DNA of 64,000 bases from the human T2T-CHM13v2.0 reference genome, Homo sapiens. The translations under genes were made by a program, and so were the position numbers. The stretch lies in assembly GCA_009914755.4 (NCBI GenBank), contig CP086569.2:23072001-23136000 (forward strand), written 5' to 3'. This document shows positions 31,159-46,321 of the stretch, piece by piece. Each line of letters starts with the position of its first letter. Within the stretch, counting starts at the first letter, position 1. The notes under the pieces are model-generated. The model was given only the letters and a program-made list of their open reading frames with translations. It was not told where the DNA came from and did not search any database.

Positions 31159-32489
31159 CTTTAATATTAAAATGATGGAACTTTATGTAAAGAACATCAA
31201 ATCTGAAACACTGTTTTCTCTTATCTCAAACAACTTTTAAAATTGTTTCTTCTATGACTCCGTTCTTTGTTCCATAAATTACTAGCCAGTCATGACACTG
31301 TGAATATTTCTTATGGTTTTGGATAATCCCATGGCTCCCACAAGGCCAGTTCTTCTAATGAAGCTGAAGCCAAATGCTCATTCTTAGGTAAAAGTTCATT
31401 TGTAATGGTTAATCACTGCTTAGTTATATTTTCCTTTTCATATGAATTACTGATGATTACCAATGACACAGGGAAAACATGTAAAACCATCAAACTCTTC
31501 ACTGAATATAAAGTTTACATATGTTGTCCTTTCTCAGCTGAAGAAGGTAAATTTTCCCATGTAGTTCAATCCACCTCACACAAACAAATACTGCTACCTT
31601 TGAATGACTGCATGCCAAATTTTTACATAACAGTTCTCCTTTAACTCTAAGTAGTTGGCTCTATCTTAAATGTTGACAAATTAAAATGTGCTAGTGAAAA
31701 CTTTCTAATGATGGCCAAGAATTACTTTTAGTGCAATAAGCAACACTATTAAAGGGGTCATTACAACACTGTTGCTATTTCAAAATAGAAAAGTTTCTCC
31801 TTTAATATACTCTTCACAGTGCTTTTCCTTAGAGGTCAGTCTTTCACCTGTGATATGTTCACTGGCTTATTTTTCAATGGAAATGTGTTGGCTTCTGTAT
31901 CCTGAAGTCACTAAATACCTGACTTCACCTATACTCTATCCTGAAGTCAATAAATACCTGACTTCACTGATACTCTACATATGAAATGTAAAATTGAAAA
32001 TGTCAGGTTTTAATTTCCTCCATATTAGGATGGAGGACTAAGTAAGAATTTTAATTTGTTCTGCTTAACTTCTTTGCTAAAAACTTTTATTTATTGTCTT
32101 GCTTTCTTCTGTTCAGTCTGCAATCTTACAATTCTCCTTCTCAAAAATATTTCTTCTATTCAATCCTACTGCTCACCTCATGTGCTTAGATCTAAATTCG
32201 CTCCTCAAATAATTTCCAACCTCACACTAAGGATCTTGTGTTAATGTTTAAGCATCCTGGAACAATCTTAATTATTGATTTACATCCCCTTGTATTTCAC
32301 AACTCTGCACTTCTGTAAAATCCACTTCAGTTAAGAATATTGGACTCCTTCATGTCTACCTTTCAAGCCTTAAATTTATTTTTAAATAATATTTAAGCCC
32401 AGTGACTCCTTTTCTGCTAAATGTTCTTGCAGTTCTTTTGAATCTTTGTATAAGCAGTAACGATGTCTTGCATATAAGCATTACTGAGG

Positions 32490-32800
32490 TCTCAGAAGCT
32501 GGATGGCCAGGCTCAGTTGCTCACACTGTGAGCCAGTGTGGAAGGCTGAGGCAGCTGGACTGCTTGAGCCACGGGCTTTGACAATGTAGTGACAGGTTTG
32601 ACAATGCAGCAACATCCTCTCTCTACAAAAATATAAGGAAAAAAATTTAGCTAGCTGTGGTGGTGTATGCCTGTAGTTGCAGAAACTCAGGTGGCTGAAG
32701 CAGGAGAATTGCTTGGGCCCAGAAATTTGAGACCGTTGTAAGCCATCATCTCACCAGTGCACTCTGACCTGGTAAGAGCAAGACTCCAAACCAACAAAGA
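32490..32800 (+). mobile_element. Old, diverged Alu in an RBMY-like intron.
   Basis: Recognisable Alu blocks (…AGCTGTGGTGGTGTATGCCTGTAGTTGCAG…). Confidence 0.6.
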
Positions 32801-33193
32801 AACTGAACAAGCAATTTTTAGATTGGGACACCAGGGGAACACTACCTAGGAAATGGAAGAATTCATTAGATGAAGAAGCCTACCATCAAAGAATATTGCT
32901 AGGAACTTTTAGAAAATTAAGGGGAATTTTCTAGCAAACACAGGATTAAAAGGAATGTTGTCCTCACTCTAATCACTTCTTTGATCTGCAATGAGAAGCT
33001 CAAGTATTTCTTCACAACAAATCTGAAATGTACCCAGTGAGATAGAAACTATAATAAAAGCTATCGATCAGTAATTATGCCCATGTATGTGTCACTTCTC
33101 CTTTGTTCAGTGAACTTAAAGTTAAGCATCCAGGTAAAATAGCTCATTTTTAGTCATACAAAAACTACAGTCTTTCTATCAGATAGCATTTAC

Positions 33194-33346
33194 CTTGGCC
33201 TCTCATCCAATTATTGCTTCTTACCACAGCAGAAGGAGCAGACTTTTTAGGAGGAGGACCTCCACTTTTTGAAGAGGGACCTCTTTTAACTAGAATGGGT
33301 TGCCTAGAAGAACTCGTGTTGAGATCAAGAGAGTATGCATCATCAT
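33194..33346 (-). CDS. RBMY: RBMY-like exon: [51 protein letters not shown].
   Basis: Acceptor ATACAG, donor GTAAAT. 153 nt. Phase is consistent with the neighbouring exons. Confidence 0.7.
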
Positions 33347-34210
33347 CTGTATTTCAAACAAAATCTTTTCAGTTAACTAACATCACTGTTTCTTAAATGG
33401 CTAAGTTTTAGTTGTTTATAAAGATTATCTACATATTATCATCTTATAAATTCATATTTGTCTAAGCTAATAAAATTAACATTTCTATATGAAATAAGTA
33501 CAGTTCAAGCAATAAAAGTCTGTTGAGAAAATCTAGAAAGAAACTCAAGAATCATAATATATTGGTGTGAGAGAGAGATGAAGACAAATTGGGGAGTGAA
33601 CAGGGAGCAGAAATCTATCACTAAAATATCTAAGTATAATAGACATAAAATATTAAAAGAAAAATGATAAATGACTGTTTATATCATTGTGTTTTGAGGA
33701 AAAATTTTCAAAGCATGTCATAAAGATAAACTAAATTCCATTCAAACAAATTCAAATATTTATGATATCAAAAAGTGACACATCAGGAAAATACATTATC
33801 TCTAAAATTTGTTAACATAATATAGAATTCTTACAATTCCCTTATGAAACACTAATTTTCAGATTACACTATGCTAAATTTTAATAGTCATTAAGAATTG
33901 CATATTAAATAATATATAAAGATTTTTATATATCTACAAAAAATGTAGATATGCGGCAATATATCTACATACATAACATAGGTGGTGTTACAGGTTAGAA
34001 TACACACATTCTCAGACATGGTGGAGTGTTGTTGAACTTCACCCTCAAAAGCAATGGAGACAAAATAACCATGTAGCTATGCATCTTAAAATGGAGCAAA
34101 CACTGCAATTTCCACTTAAAAAAATCTCCAATTAATTACACATCTGGTTATTAAAACTCCAAGTTAAATGTTAGATTATTGAAGGTTAGTTAATAGATAA
34201 TACAAGTTAA

Positions 34211-34545
<335 letters not shown>

Positions 34546-35270
34546 TTCTTTTTTAAAAAATACGTGGTTTTTCTTTTTTATGTAAAAATTGACCCCTCAT
34601 TTCTATTGTGTAAATCACTATAAATATCATTTTCAGTGTCTTATCCTCCAGCAAACAAAGATACATACATATATGTGAAGCAGTGGTTTTTAGACCTTTT
34701 CAGAGTCACAGACTCTTTGCAGAAGTTAAAGTTCTACATTTCTTAAATTGAAAATGCTTTATGGCAGGCCAATGTACAAACTCTCTGTATCAAAATTACA
34801 AAGCAATACATTTGCATAGATGTTTGCACACATATATACAAGAAAACAAATATTGCAAAATCAATCTTAAGTACTGAGTTACTTTTCCCTGTTGGAAAGT
34901 TTTAAATATTGCTTACTTTGATAATACAACTGATATGAAGTTCTGGGCCCCAAAGTAGAAAACTCTAAAGTATGATGAATATAAATGAGTTCTGCAGAAA
35001 ACCTGTTGAGTAGCAGCAATTGGCATTCATAAAATCAAATCAGTTTGAAATTTGTGTTATTTCAATCCAACGTTATTACAATTTTACAACAAATTTTAGA
35101 TATTACTTCAATCATTCTTGTAATACACCTTTAGTACTTAGAAATAAGTTTGCTTATTATAAGTCAATTTTCTGTTCATAAAGGAAATAAATATAATTGA
35201 GAAATTTCGATATCTTCAAACTTATTTTCTTTCAGTCCTATGGTTCCATCTTTACATTTTAAAACATTAC

Positions 35271-35448
35271 CCAAGCGTCCTTCATGTGAGGGATGCCATC
35301 CTCTTGTTCCTCCACTACTTCCTCTTGCAGATCTCAGACATCCTGAAGGGCTTCTGCTTCTTGAGGAAGCTGGTGGTCTCTGCCTACCACCACTTTGAAA
35401 AGATGGTTTCTTGGCTTGTTCTACTTTTATTGCTTTTCCATCCAAAGG
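35271..35448 (-). CDS. RBMY: RBMY-like exon: [59 protein letters not shown](G).
   Basis: Acceptor CTTTAG, donor GTAATG. Carries the RBMY-specific TRGW motif. Confidence 0.75.
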
Positions 35449-36529
35449 CTAAAGTATTAAGAGTATTATCAATAACACTGGCATATTTAACCTAAGCACA
35501 TTTTACAAGCATTTTTACATCAACTATAGCTCAATTCTAGATATTTTCTCCCAAAGCAAACTTTTGTTTTTTTCTCCTAAAATGAACACATCTTTCACAA
35601 TGCCAAATTTGAGACATTTACTGAGCACATGCCTTCCATTAAGGGATCAAACACAAATTCTATTATTCAAATTCCTTGAAAACTTCTCCATTATTTAAAA
35701 AAAAAATCCTCAAACTAACAAAAAGAGATTAACCCATCAAATATTCTATGGAGGAATGTGGCACATCTGTTTTTTCCCCAATATATCATCCACTTCATCT
35801 TTGTATTCACGTCACTAATTTAAAAGTTTCAGTGTCCCAATGAAACTTGTGTCATTTAAAAAAATGAGGTTACTTATTCAAAGTGATTAGTCACATTACT
35901 CATTATGAGGTGTTTCTTGTTGGATTTGCTAACACTTACATAAAATATCCCCATATGATTTACAATTCTATATTGACTCTAAAAATGTTTCTGTAAATGT
36001 GATCCTTGTTCGATCTCATTAAGTTTTCTTGCCATACTCATTTCTTACATTGCCTTAGACGTGCCCCTAAAAAACGAATCTTAATATAGTACTTCAGGTA
36101 ATTTCTCAGAAATGCTTAACTATCCTAATTAATTTCATAATAACATTTTTCACTGTAATCTTTTCTACAGGCCACAGCAATTTTTGAAAACAGTTCAGCT
36201 AATAATGCGATTTAAAAATTACATGGCTTTTGTTATTTGGAGGAAGGACTTAAATCCCTGAACAAGACCGCTTGCAGCCACATCGCCCGTTGTTCCTACC
36301 TTGAAACTTCTTTTGTTATTTCTGGGCTCAAAATATTTTCCCCAGATTTGCCCACGGCTGCTTCCTTCCCAGTGTTCTGAAGTCAGCCAAAATTCCTTAA
36401 CTGTTAATTCCCCCTGAAAACTCAAAGAACCTCCTTTATTGGCCATCTTAACATTAATGTGCATACAACATTCATAGTTATTTTAACACAATAAAATATG
36501 TGAGATGAAGTAATTTAGAAATAACATTG

Positions 36530-36961
<432 letters not shown>

Positions 36962-37304
36962 CTAACACAGCTTAAAATATTAATTTATAAGAATGAATAA
37001 AAATGTACTTTCTGCTATGTGCCAGGAAGTATGATAGATGTAAGAGAAAAGCAACCAGGAACACTGAAATATGCACTACATACAATTTCACTATCAATAG
37101 GTTAATATATGGTACTGTGAGTACAAAATACCTACAATATGCAATGAGGAAGAAAATATGAAATCTAAGTTGTTTTGAAGCATAAATTATTATTTGTGAG
37201 ACATACACGGGGAAGGAAAATTCCCAGGAAGTCCAAAAAGGCATTTTTGGGATAGCGTAATGACTAACAGGAACTAAAAACAGATTGGGATAATGTTATT
37301 TTTC

Positions 37305-37605
37305 TTTTCTTTTTTTTTTTTTTTTTTGAGAAAGAGTCTTGCTCTGTCACCAGCCTGGAGTGCAGTGGCCTGATTTTGGCTCACTGCAACCTCTGCCTCC
37401 GGGATCAGCTGATTCCCATGCCTCAGCCTACCAAGTAGCTGGAACTACAGGCACACACAACCACGCATGGCTAATTTTTTGTGTTTTAGTAGAGACGGGG
37501 TTTCAGCATGTTGGCCATGATGGTTTCGTTCTCCTGACCTTGTGATCTGCCCACCTCAGCCTCACAAAGTGCTGGGATTAGAGGTGTGAGCCACCACGCC
37601 CAGCC
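37305..37605 (-). mobile_element. Alu (antisense) in an RBMY-like intron.
   Basis: Poly-T head at 37305-37325 and an antisense Alu body. Confidence 0.8.
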
Positions 37606-38427
37606 GGATTGGGGTAATGTTACAAAGCAAAAAAGCTCTAAAGGGCCCAGAATGGAATGATATTGACTACAATGTAAAGGAATTCAATAGTTAATAGAAT
37701 TACATAAAAGTTTAAAGCTTTTGTAAACACACAATCCCTAGAGTTAAGACTCAATAGGACAAGAGACCATTGGTTGGATCAAAACAAGTCCTCAAACACA
37801 CTGGGACAATGAGTAATTAGGTATTCGTGTTACATAAATCACTCTGGTGACAGGAGAAAAACGTCCTTAGCAGAAAAGAGCAAGGATGGGCCAAAAATGC
37901 CAGTTACTTCTTCTGTTATCCAACTTCAGTGTTATCATACGTTTTTCTATTTTCAAGTACTTACCACTTCCTTAAATGTAAAAGTCTTATTTTAATATAG
38001 TTTCTCAAGAATATGTTTTTCAGAAAATGAGAGAGAATCTTTCCTTCTTGTGAGTCTGTCTAGATGTCTATCCACAGTTTTTCTATGCTCTAGAAGTAGT
38101 TCCATGAATTGGAAGTAATTCCCTTAATAGCATTTAATAAATGTTGACTTATTCCTTTCATTTACATGAGGGCTCCTTATAAGTTTTAAAGCTCTTCAAA
38201 ACCTTTTAAAATCTATTTACATTCGTATTGAAATACAAACTTAGAAAAAGGTTACCATATATTAATCTATATAATGTTAATTCCAATACCCTTCCAACTA
38301 CAATTGGATGTATATGGCACAAAGAAGAGCATGGCTTCATATGGCATTCTACTAACTTCAAAAGTTACATAATACTAAAAAGACCTAGAAATACTCTTAA
38401 TTGAAGAACAGAGTTAGAATACTATTA

Positions 38428-38595
<168 letters not shown>

Positions 38596-38960
38596 CTAAC
38601 CATCTGAAAGTTACATCACATCAAAAAATAATTGCATTTTACTTCACTACTATGATTCTTAATACTAAGTCACCCCTATAGTCAGCCTATTTTATTCCAG
38701 TTTGTTCCCTAACTCCACAACACATTTACTTTTCCTCATTTTCCTTTCTAAGTAGTAGGTGATCCTTACACAGACCCTTAACCTGCTACTATGAGAATTT
38801 TCCAAATATCAAATAGATACTTCAAAATAAGAGTTTAAAAATAAGGCATTTTAATGTAGGTATACAATGAACTTTGAAAACCATACATTTTTTCAAAGCA
38901 CATACATAACATACATATTTTAAATATACACATTGAAATATACACACACCCATGGTTTTA

Positions 38961-39128
<168 letters not shown>

Positions 39129-39429
39129 CTAAAAAGATAAAATTTTATTACATACTGTGTTGAAAACTCAAGTAAAATTCCCTTCCAGAGGCTGACATCG
39201 TTTTAGTATTTCTTACTTTAAATATATAAAATTTGTAACATACAGAGCAAAGGGGGCACTGATTTCATGGACAAATGCTGCATTATAATCCGTACCTGAC
39301 AAAATCTCATTTCTATAAATAAGATAAGAAAAGCTATTGTAATTTTACTAAGTTGTAATGTGAAGGTTGCCCCCATTTAAATAATTTTATTTGAAAACTA
39401 TACATTTATGAGGTACACTGTGATGTTTT

Positions 39430-39579
39430 GTGTATTTTCTTTCTTGAGATGTGTATCTCCTGTTGCCGAAGTCCGCTGCTCACTGCAGCCTCCTCCACCC
39501 AGCCTCCACTGATCTTCCCACATCTCAGCTTCCCAAGTAGCTGGTACTACAAGGGCTTTTTACCACAGCTGTGTAATTT

Positions 39580-39618
<39 letters not shown>

Positions 39619-39740
39619 AGACACGGGTTTCCCCATATTGCCGAAGCCGGTCTCCAAATCCTGGGCTCAAGTGATCTGCCGGCTTAGGACTACCAAAGTG
39701 ATGGGATTTCAAGGGTGAACAACCACGGCCAGCGAGATAC
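39430..39740 (-). mobile_element. Old Alu/FLAM-like element (antisense) split by a (TG)n microsatellite at 39583-39615. Located upstream of the RBMY-like ATG exon.
   Basis: Antisense Alu blocks on both sides of the TG run. Confidence 0.55.
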
Positions 39741-40939
39741 GCGGATAAAAGATTAAATCAAGCAAATTAAAATGTTCTTGGGGTGAACATTTTAAATATT
39801 TTACCATCTTTAAGTGATTTGAAATATACAATAGGTCAAAGATCCCCAAACCCTAGCCTTCAACCCTTACCTATCTGTGGCCTGAATGTGATGCCGGAGG
39901 ATGACCTGTAATACCTGTCTGTGGAGAATGTAACGCCTGAGGATGACCTGAGGTGGTACAGTTTTATCCGGAAACCATCCTGCCTACTCCCTCGCTGGCC
40001 CTCCCTGTCCCCGTGACAGCCTCACTGCCCCACCTGGCCTCTGTCACATTGCTCCTACCGGAAGACCCGCCCCACCACGTGCCCCTCGGAGACCTGCCGC
40101 CAGCCCCCACTCCCAAACCTGTCCACCTCGTCGCCTTCTTCCCCTGCGCAACCCTTGTCTGAGGAAAAACTGACTTCCACTAAACCAGTCCCTGATGCGA
40201 AAATAGCAATGAAAGAGTCCATTACGTTACCCAGGCTGGTCTCAAACTCCTGACTTCAAGCCATCCTCCGACCTCCACTTCCCAAAATGCTAGGATTACA
40301 GGAGTAAGGCAGTGTGCCTGGTTAACAGAATAATTTAAGCGCATCTATTTTGTTCCCATTTTAGGCTATCCAACTCCATTTATCTGGATTACACCCACTT
40401 ATTCGGTTTAAATTATTTACGGTGCCAAACATACATAAAACATGTTTCAAATACTGTCATACAAGGAAGGAGACCTTTACAGTCTTTACAGAGTCAAAGT
40501 TAAACTGAGATTATTTATGGCCCCAGACTTCTACATTAACTAAGGTAACACAATTTATGTCAAAAGTTGATAATTCCCGTCAAGCAAATCAGAGATGTGA
40601 CATGCGTTGACTAAAAGTATACGTTTTTAATCGCCTTGGTTAAGTATATTGCCTGTATTTTGAATGATGACCACAGTCACAGAGAAAACCCGCTTTAATA
40701 AAAAGTGCATATGAAAACAATGGCGCCTTAGCACAATCTCCCACAACTAGTCGGACATATTAGGCAGTTAAAGGTAGAACCCTCAAGAAAAATCAATGAG
40801 TTTAACAAAAATGAGTTTCTTAATAGCACTAAGGAGTTCTCTCCCCACTGTCTTCTCCCATAATTCAACACCCACACATAGAAAACCCATCCCCTTTTAT
40901 AGACAAAATCCCAAACCTTCGCTTTCTATTCTTGCCGAG

Positions 40940-41400
40940 AGACCCAGCTGTCCAGAGAAACAGAAAATACCTGCGCTTTTTAGTAGGACAAAGAGCCTGA
41001 GGTTCGCCTGGCCCTCAGGCCGTACGTAACCGGCTTCGGAACACCACAGGGCCAACTGCGGGAGGGACAGCTGGAGCTACCCTGAGAGGGAAGGACGCCG
41101 GAAGCCGTGCCCGGAAATCCCGCCTACCTCCAGCGGCCAATCATTGCGAAGGCGGTGGGCGTCAGCCAGTTACTGCAAAGGCTGTGGGCGAGTCCTGAGG
41201 CCCCTCCGCCCCTGCGGGCCTGCAGCTCCATTATGTCGCGGTAACTCTTCCGAGACCACGCTTGTGCCATGTGGCGGGCAGCGGTAGATTGAGGCACAGG
41301 CGAACTGTGAGCCCTTTGCAATTGTGGGCTTGGAAGACCTACACCCTAACTGGCATCCTGAGTGTGGCAAGACATTAATTAACCCACAAAGAACACATGA
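40940..41400. promoter_or_regulatory. CpG-rich island with a CCAAT box (41137-41141), lying between the divergently oriented RBMY-like (minus) and TSPY-like (plus) copies. Candidate bidirectional promoter.
   Basis: High CpG density (e.g. CCGGAAGCCGTGCCCGGAAATCCCGCC, GCGGCCAATCATTGCGAAGGCGGTGGGCG). Position relative to both gene copies. On the minus strand a donor-like AAAAGCGCAG|GTATTTTC sits at 40971. Confidence 0.45.
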
Positions 41401-41964
41401 AACATCTTACTTCGTAAGGCAGGCTAGGCTGATGGTACTAAATACTGCAGATCCAGAGGGGAGAGAGAGGGACCAGCGCTGCCTGCTGGGGTGAGGGCGG
41501 CGGCGGTGGTTTGAGGGGAGTGGGGCAGGGCGGTTGCCTGTGAGGAAAGTCGACTGGTACGTTGCTGGGGTGGAATTTGTCTGCAATAGAAGCTGAAACC
41601 CCACAAGGACTCTCTAAGGTCTAGCCAAATACAGACTCTGAGTTCCATGCTTCCTCCCTGAGGATGCTGTACTCATAGGGGCATTCCAAAGGACTTCTCA
41701 TCCTGTGCCGTGGGCACATGGGAGGCCAGCCACCATGGTCGCCAATCCGATGACCCGTGTGCACTGCCTTCCTGGCGCAGAGGCTCCCGCAAGGGCAGCA
41801 GTGGCCGTCCTGCCTGCTAGCGGGGCTCTGGAAGCCCAGGGCGTCGGCCTCCAACTCCAGGGCTACTGTGTGCAGCTAACCCTGCTGGGTGTCTGGGCCG
41901 CATTGCGAGTGGGGCGAGCTGTGGGCCCTGAGGGGCTCCCCGGGAACCCTGCATCCACGTAGGT

Positions 41965-44170
41965 GTGGGACATGGGTCTCAGCAGGGCAAGGCCCGGGGG
42001 CCCCTCCGGCAGATTCCCCTAGGGTCTAGGGGTGCCAGGGACGTGAGATGGGCGGTGCAGGCCTTAGTCAGTGGAAGCCTCAAGGAGGGCATCGTGTTAA
42101 GGTGGAGGCTCTGCAGAAGAGGGCGGCCTGTGTGGAGAGCAGGGAGACAACCCTGGGGGAAGAGGCATGCCAGTGGGGGATGACATCATGGCAGAGATGG
42201 AGGTGGTGGCCAAGGAGGAGGCCAATGTGGAGCGGCAGCAGGAGGACCAGCAGGCCCAGCCTGGCCTTGGCCCTAGTATGCCCCCGCCGGCAACGGACTC
42301 GCTGGACGTCCTTCACGTGGAGCTGGGCTCGGTAAATGCCCCAGGCCGCGGGACATCCCCGGCTTCTGGGCCAGAGCCATATCCTTGCAGCTGTCAATTC
42401 GGGATGGCTGGCAGCAGTGGGTGGGCGCCGAGCTCCCGGGAGCGGGGTTGGGGGAAACAAGGTGGTAGGCACCGGAGCTCAGCCAGGATTCAGGGTATGG
42501 GGGACAATGAGAGGAACCAAGGACAGACTCATGCAGATAGAAGGGCAGCAAAATTCCGTGTCCCCTGCGGGCACGAGGTAGGGATATGAAGCCAAGCACA
42601 ATACTCACAAGGGAGAATAGCAGCTCAAAGGACCCGTCATAAACAGCAGAAAGTCGAAGGACACTTTTCACTGGGAAAATCCCTGAAGGAAGGGGAGTCT
42701 GCGTGCCCAGGCCAGCCAGGGAACTACCCCTGCTCCCCGTGCCTATGTCCAGCAGGCTTACCTCAGAAACACAAGGTCCTCAAGACTCGGGTTCACAGTG
42801 CATGGGACTGCTGTCCTCTGCAAGGCAGGCACCAGCTCCCCAGACAGGATTTCTTCCCTCTGCCAGCGCTGCACACAAAGATGGTTAGGCCCTGAGCATA
42901 TATAACCTCCGTTGAAACCACTCGAGTCTCACGGGGAGAGCCAGGCACAGCCCTGCAGCAACTTCTACCCACAGCGGTTCCCTCGGGTGGACAGGCCCAC
43001 CCCTCAGTGAGACCAGGAGAAGAGGACACCGCACACCCGGACAGCAGCAGAACCTGTCCAGCACCCAGCACACGAGGGCCTCCCACAGCTCAGGAACCCT
43101 GAGAAAGTAGCCGCCTCACACCACAACACCCCTCCCGCAACCCCCTCCCCACTTCTTCTGTGCCTGCCTCTGGTCAGAGTAGACTGTCTGGGCCTGCCTC
43201 CTCCACCCGCCGCCAGGACCACCACAGCCGCAAAGGTGCCCCCCAGCGCCAGACAGAGGCAGAGGAGCGGGAAGGGAGGGTGCCAGACCAACGGCCTGCA
43301 CGGTAGCCCTGCCCCACACTCTCCGTGCTCTTGCAAAGTTGCAGGGTGTTTCCCTTCACGCCCACCCAATCATCTGGCGGCTCCTTAACCAGAGGCAGAT
43401 CGTGCGGCAGACCCAGATGTTGGCCGGGATCACAAATGATGAAGTCCTGCTAAGCTGCATGATGGATTTGCAGGTCAGGCTAAGGAGCCTGGGTATGCGG
43501 TAGGGGTCCGGTGTCTGGGTCAGACTGAGGTCCCCCTGGGACCCGGGGTTGTCTCAGCGGGAGAGTTGGGAAGGGGAAACGCATGCTTCACCCCAGCTAG
43601 CAGGTCACCTCACCCCAGCTACATGAAATGGTCCTTTGAGTGCATCCTCTTCCTCCTTCTTGGCCAGGTAAGGGGAGGAACTCAGCCATCCCAGGTACCG
43701 GTGGCAGGATCAAGTTTTCCTTTCATCACAATCTTTACTTCCACAATGAAGTGACCATTCAGGAGTATTGCATTGGCATCCTAGGTAAGGAGCACCTCCC
43801 AGCATGGTAGGGGAGCTGGTGTGTGGGAGGGTAGGTCTGGCATGAACCTTCCTGACTCCTCTCTCTCCAGGATACAGGGAGTCTCATTCCACTGCAGTCC
43901 AGTGGTTGTGGGATCATGAAGGTCAAGCCTCCAGCTGCAGGCAGTACACTTCCTACCTGAGCTTCTTCAGCCCATTGGCTGACTGTGACTGCCCAGGTTC
44001 TGGCAGGATTCCTGAGGTAGGCGCCACAGTGGGACATCATAGGAAAGAACCTTGCCTTGGCTTATGGGGAATTGACTTTGAGCCATGACCTGACCTGTCC
44101 TGTACCTACATCTGCAGTCCCCCAGATCATCAGCCAGAGCCTGCCACTCAGGATGCCAGTTAGTGTGTAG
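41965..44170 (+). pseudogene. TSPY: TSPY-like (NAP-domain) multi-exon pseudogene. Approximate exon homologs: 41965-42440 (with at least 2 frameshifts), 43345-43473, 43601-43667, 43715-43784, 43871-44016 and 44126-44170.
   Basis: Translations match TSPY1 colinearly: ...RWAVQALVSGSLKEGIVLRWRL / VESRETTLGEEA / DDIMAEMEVVAKEEANVERQQEDQQAQ...LDVLHVELGSVNAP / ...QTQMLAGITNDEVLLSCMMDLQ / HPSYMKWSFECILFLLLGQ / FSFHHNLYFHNEVTIQEYCIGIL / YRESHSTAVQWLWDHEGQASSCRQYTSYLSFFSPLADCDCPGSGRIPE / IISQSLPLRMPVSV*. Exon ends carry GTAAGG or GTAGG donors. Exon 1 needs three reading frames. Exon phases are inconsistent. Confidence 0.7.
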
Positions 44171-45419
44171 GTCTTCCATACCCACAATTCCAAAGGGCTC
44201 AGAGTCCACGTGTGCCAGGCTCAGTCCCCTGCAGTACTTCTCCAGGGAGGGAGGCCATTAGAGAGGGAACAGAGAAGAGGCCAGGTGAGCAGTCTAGGCT
44301 GGGGACTGAGAGGCCTTTGATCCCTGGAGTTGTGCCCCACATGGAGAATCCAAGCCTCAGGGAGGTGACTGCAGTGAGCAGTCCCAGGCCATCCATGGTC
44401 TGGCGGAGAAATGGCCATCTGGGAACTGTAACACCCTCATTTCAGGATTGGGGAACCTCAAGCCACCTAAGAGGTATAAGGATCTAAGGTCAGTGGGTAA
44501 GAAGCAAGGCTCAAGGGGCAGCTGTCTCATCATCCCTCGCCGGCTCCCTTCCATGCCCTGAGGCCGGCTACCACTTGAGGCTCAGTTTGGGCTCAACCAA
44601 GGCCCTCCATGCAGATGTACCCGCAAGGCCTGTCTCTATGTCCTCCCAAAATGGCTCTCCGAGGCCCATCATTTTCTGTTATAATGACCCAGGGGTCCCC
44701 TGACATGCTTTCTCCCCTCTGGGATCATCACTCACACTGCCCCGCCCCCTGAGACAAGAGAGGCCACTACTCAGGGCATCTGGAGGACCACACTGTGCTC
44801 ACAGGGGAGGAAATGTGAAGAGATTGCAAAATGGCTGGGACCTTCGGTGTTTGTCCAGGGAGAGAAACTGGCTGGGATTTAAGGCCCACCTAAGTAGTGG
44901 TGTGGACACCCAGTGTTACTTATCATGATGAAGACATGCTTTGTCACATCCCCTAATATTAATATGGAAGTTATTTTCTTAGAATAGTGAAACAATGAGT
45001 ACAAAGAAATAGTGTTTGTTCTGATTTGTACGGAAATGCTGCAGACACATTCATTTTTCATTGCAATTCTTATAGGAGACTTGAAACGTTTATTCAGTTT
45101 TAAGACACATTTTGATTGTTCTGCTCCTGGCAAATTTTATGGTCATGTTTGCAATGTAGAGATATAGAATCCAGAAAATTTTTGACTGACTTTCAGCTTC
45201 TTTTAGAGTACTCAATTGCACATTTTTATTTATCCCCTATGGTTCTCTTCAGTTGATTATTTGAACTTTACATGCAAACTGATGAATTTGTTTTCTTATT
45301 TGCCTCTTGTGGAACTTCTGTTTTAAAGGACACTTTTTTCTGTTAGATATATGAGTTTGACCATGAGTACTTTTTCTAGTATACATTTTTGTTTTCATTT
45401 GTTAGTTTTGTGTGTGTGT

Positions 45420-45715
45420 GTATTTTGAGAAGGAGTCTCACTCTGTCACCCAGGCTGGAGTGAAGTGTCAGGATCTTGGCTCACCTCAACCTCCACCTGC
45501 CACCTTCAAGTGATTCCCCTGCCTCAGCCACTCAAGGAACTGGGATTACAGGCACATGCCACCATGTCCAGCTAATTTTTGTATTTTCAGTCGAGACTGG
45601 GTTTCACCATATTTGTCAGGTTGGTCTCCGACTCCTGTCCTCAAGTGATCCACCACTTTGGCCTGCCAAAATTCTGGGCTTACAGGCGCAGGCCACCACA
45701 CCCAGCCTCATTTAT
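45420..45715 (-). mobile_element. Alu (antisense).
   Basis: Antisense Alu consensus. Confidence 0.8.
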
Positions 45716-45961
45716 TTGTTTATGTTTTTGAAGCCTTCCTCTATTTTCTTCAGGGGCATGTATTTTAGAGTTATTGAAATAACATATTTTATTTATTTAC
45801 TCAATAGTTTAGTAAGATTTTAAAAGTAATGTATTTACTCACTAAATACAATATTGTGAATAGGTTAAACCTTTTGTAGTGTTGTCATTCTCTCTTTCAT
45901 AAATTCTTCAAGAACTCTGATTCTGTTTTTCCCTCACCTGAGGAGAATATGCAGATAGTTA

Positions 45962-46321
<360 letters not shown>

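Noticed and set aside
41400-43400. Many overlapping ORFs of 60-140 aa on both strands in the GC-rich region. The same pattern occurs in 17500-19300 and 51500-55600.
   Set aside because: GC-rich sequence yields long random ORFs. They overlap in several frames. The only coherent coding signal is the frameshifted TSPY-like exon 1 homolog.
43566-43754. ORF beginning ...MKWSFECILFLLLGQ, which looks like a secretory signal peptide on a first exon.
   Set aside because: It aligns to the internal TSPY NAP-domain segment (HPVHLCKIMLFF...). It is an exon homolog of the TSPY-like pseudogene, not a signal peptide.
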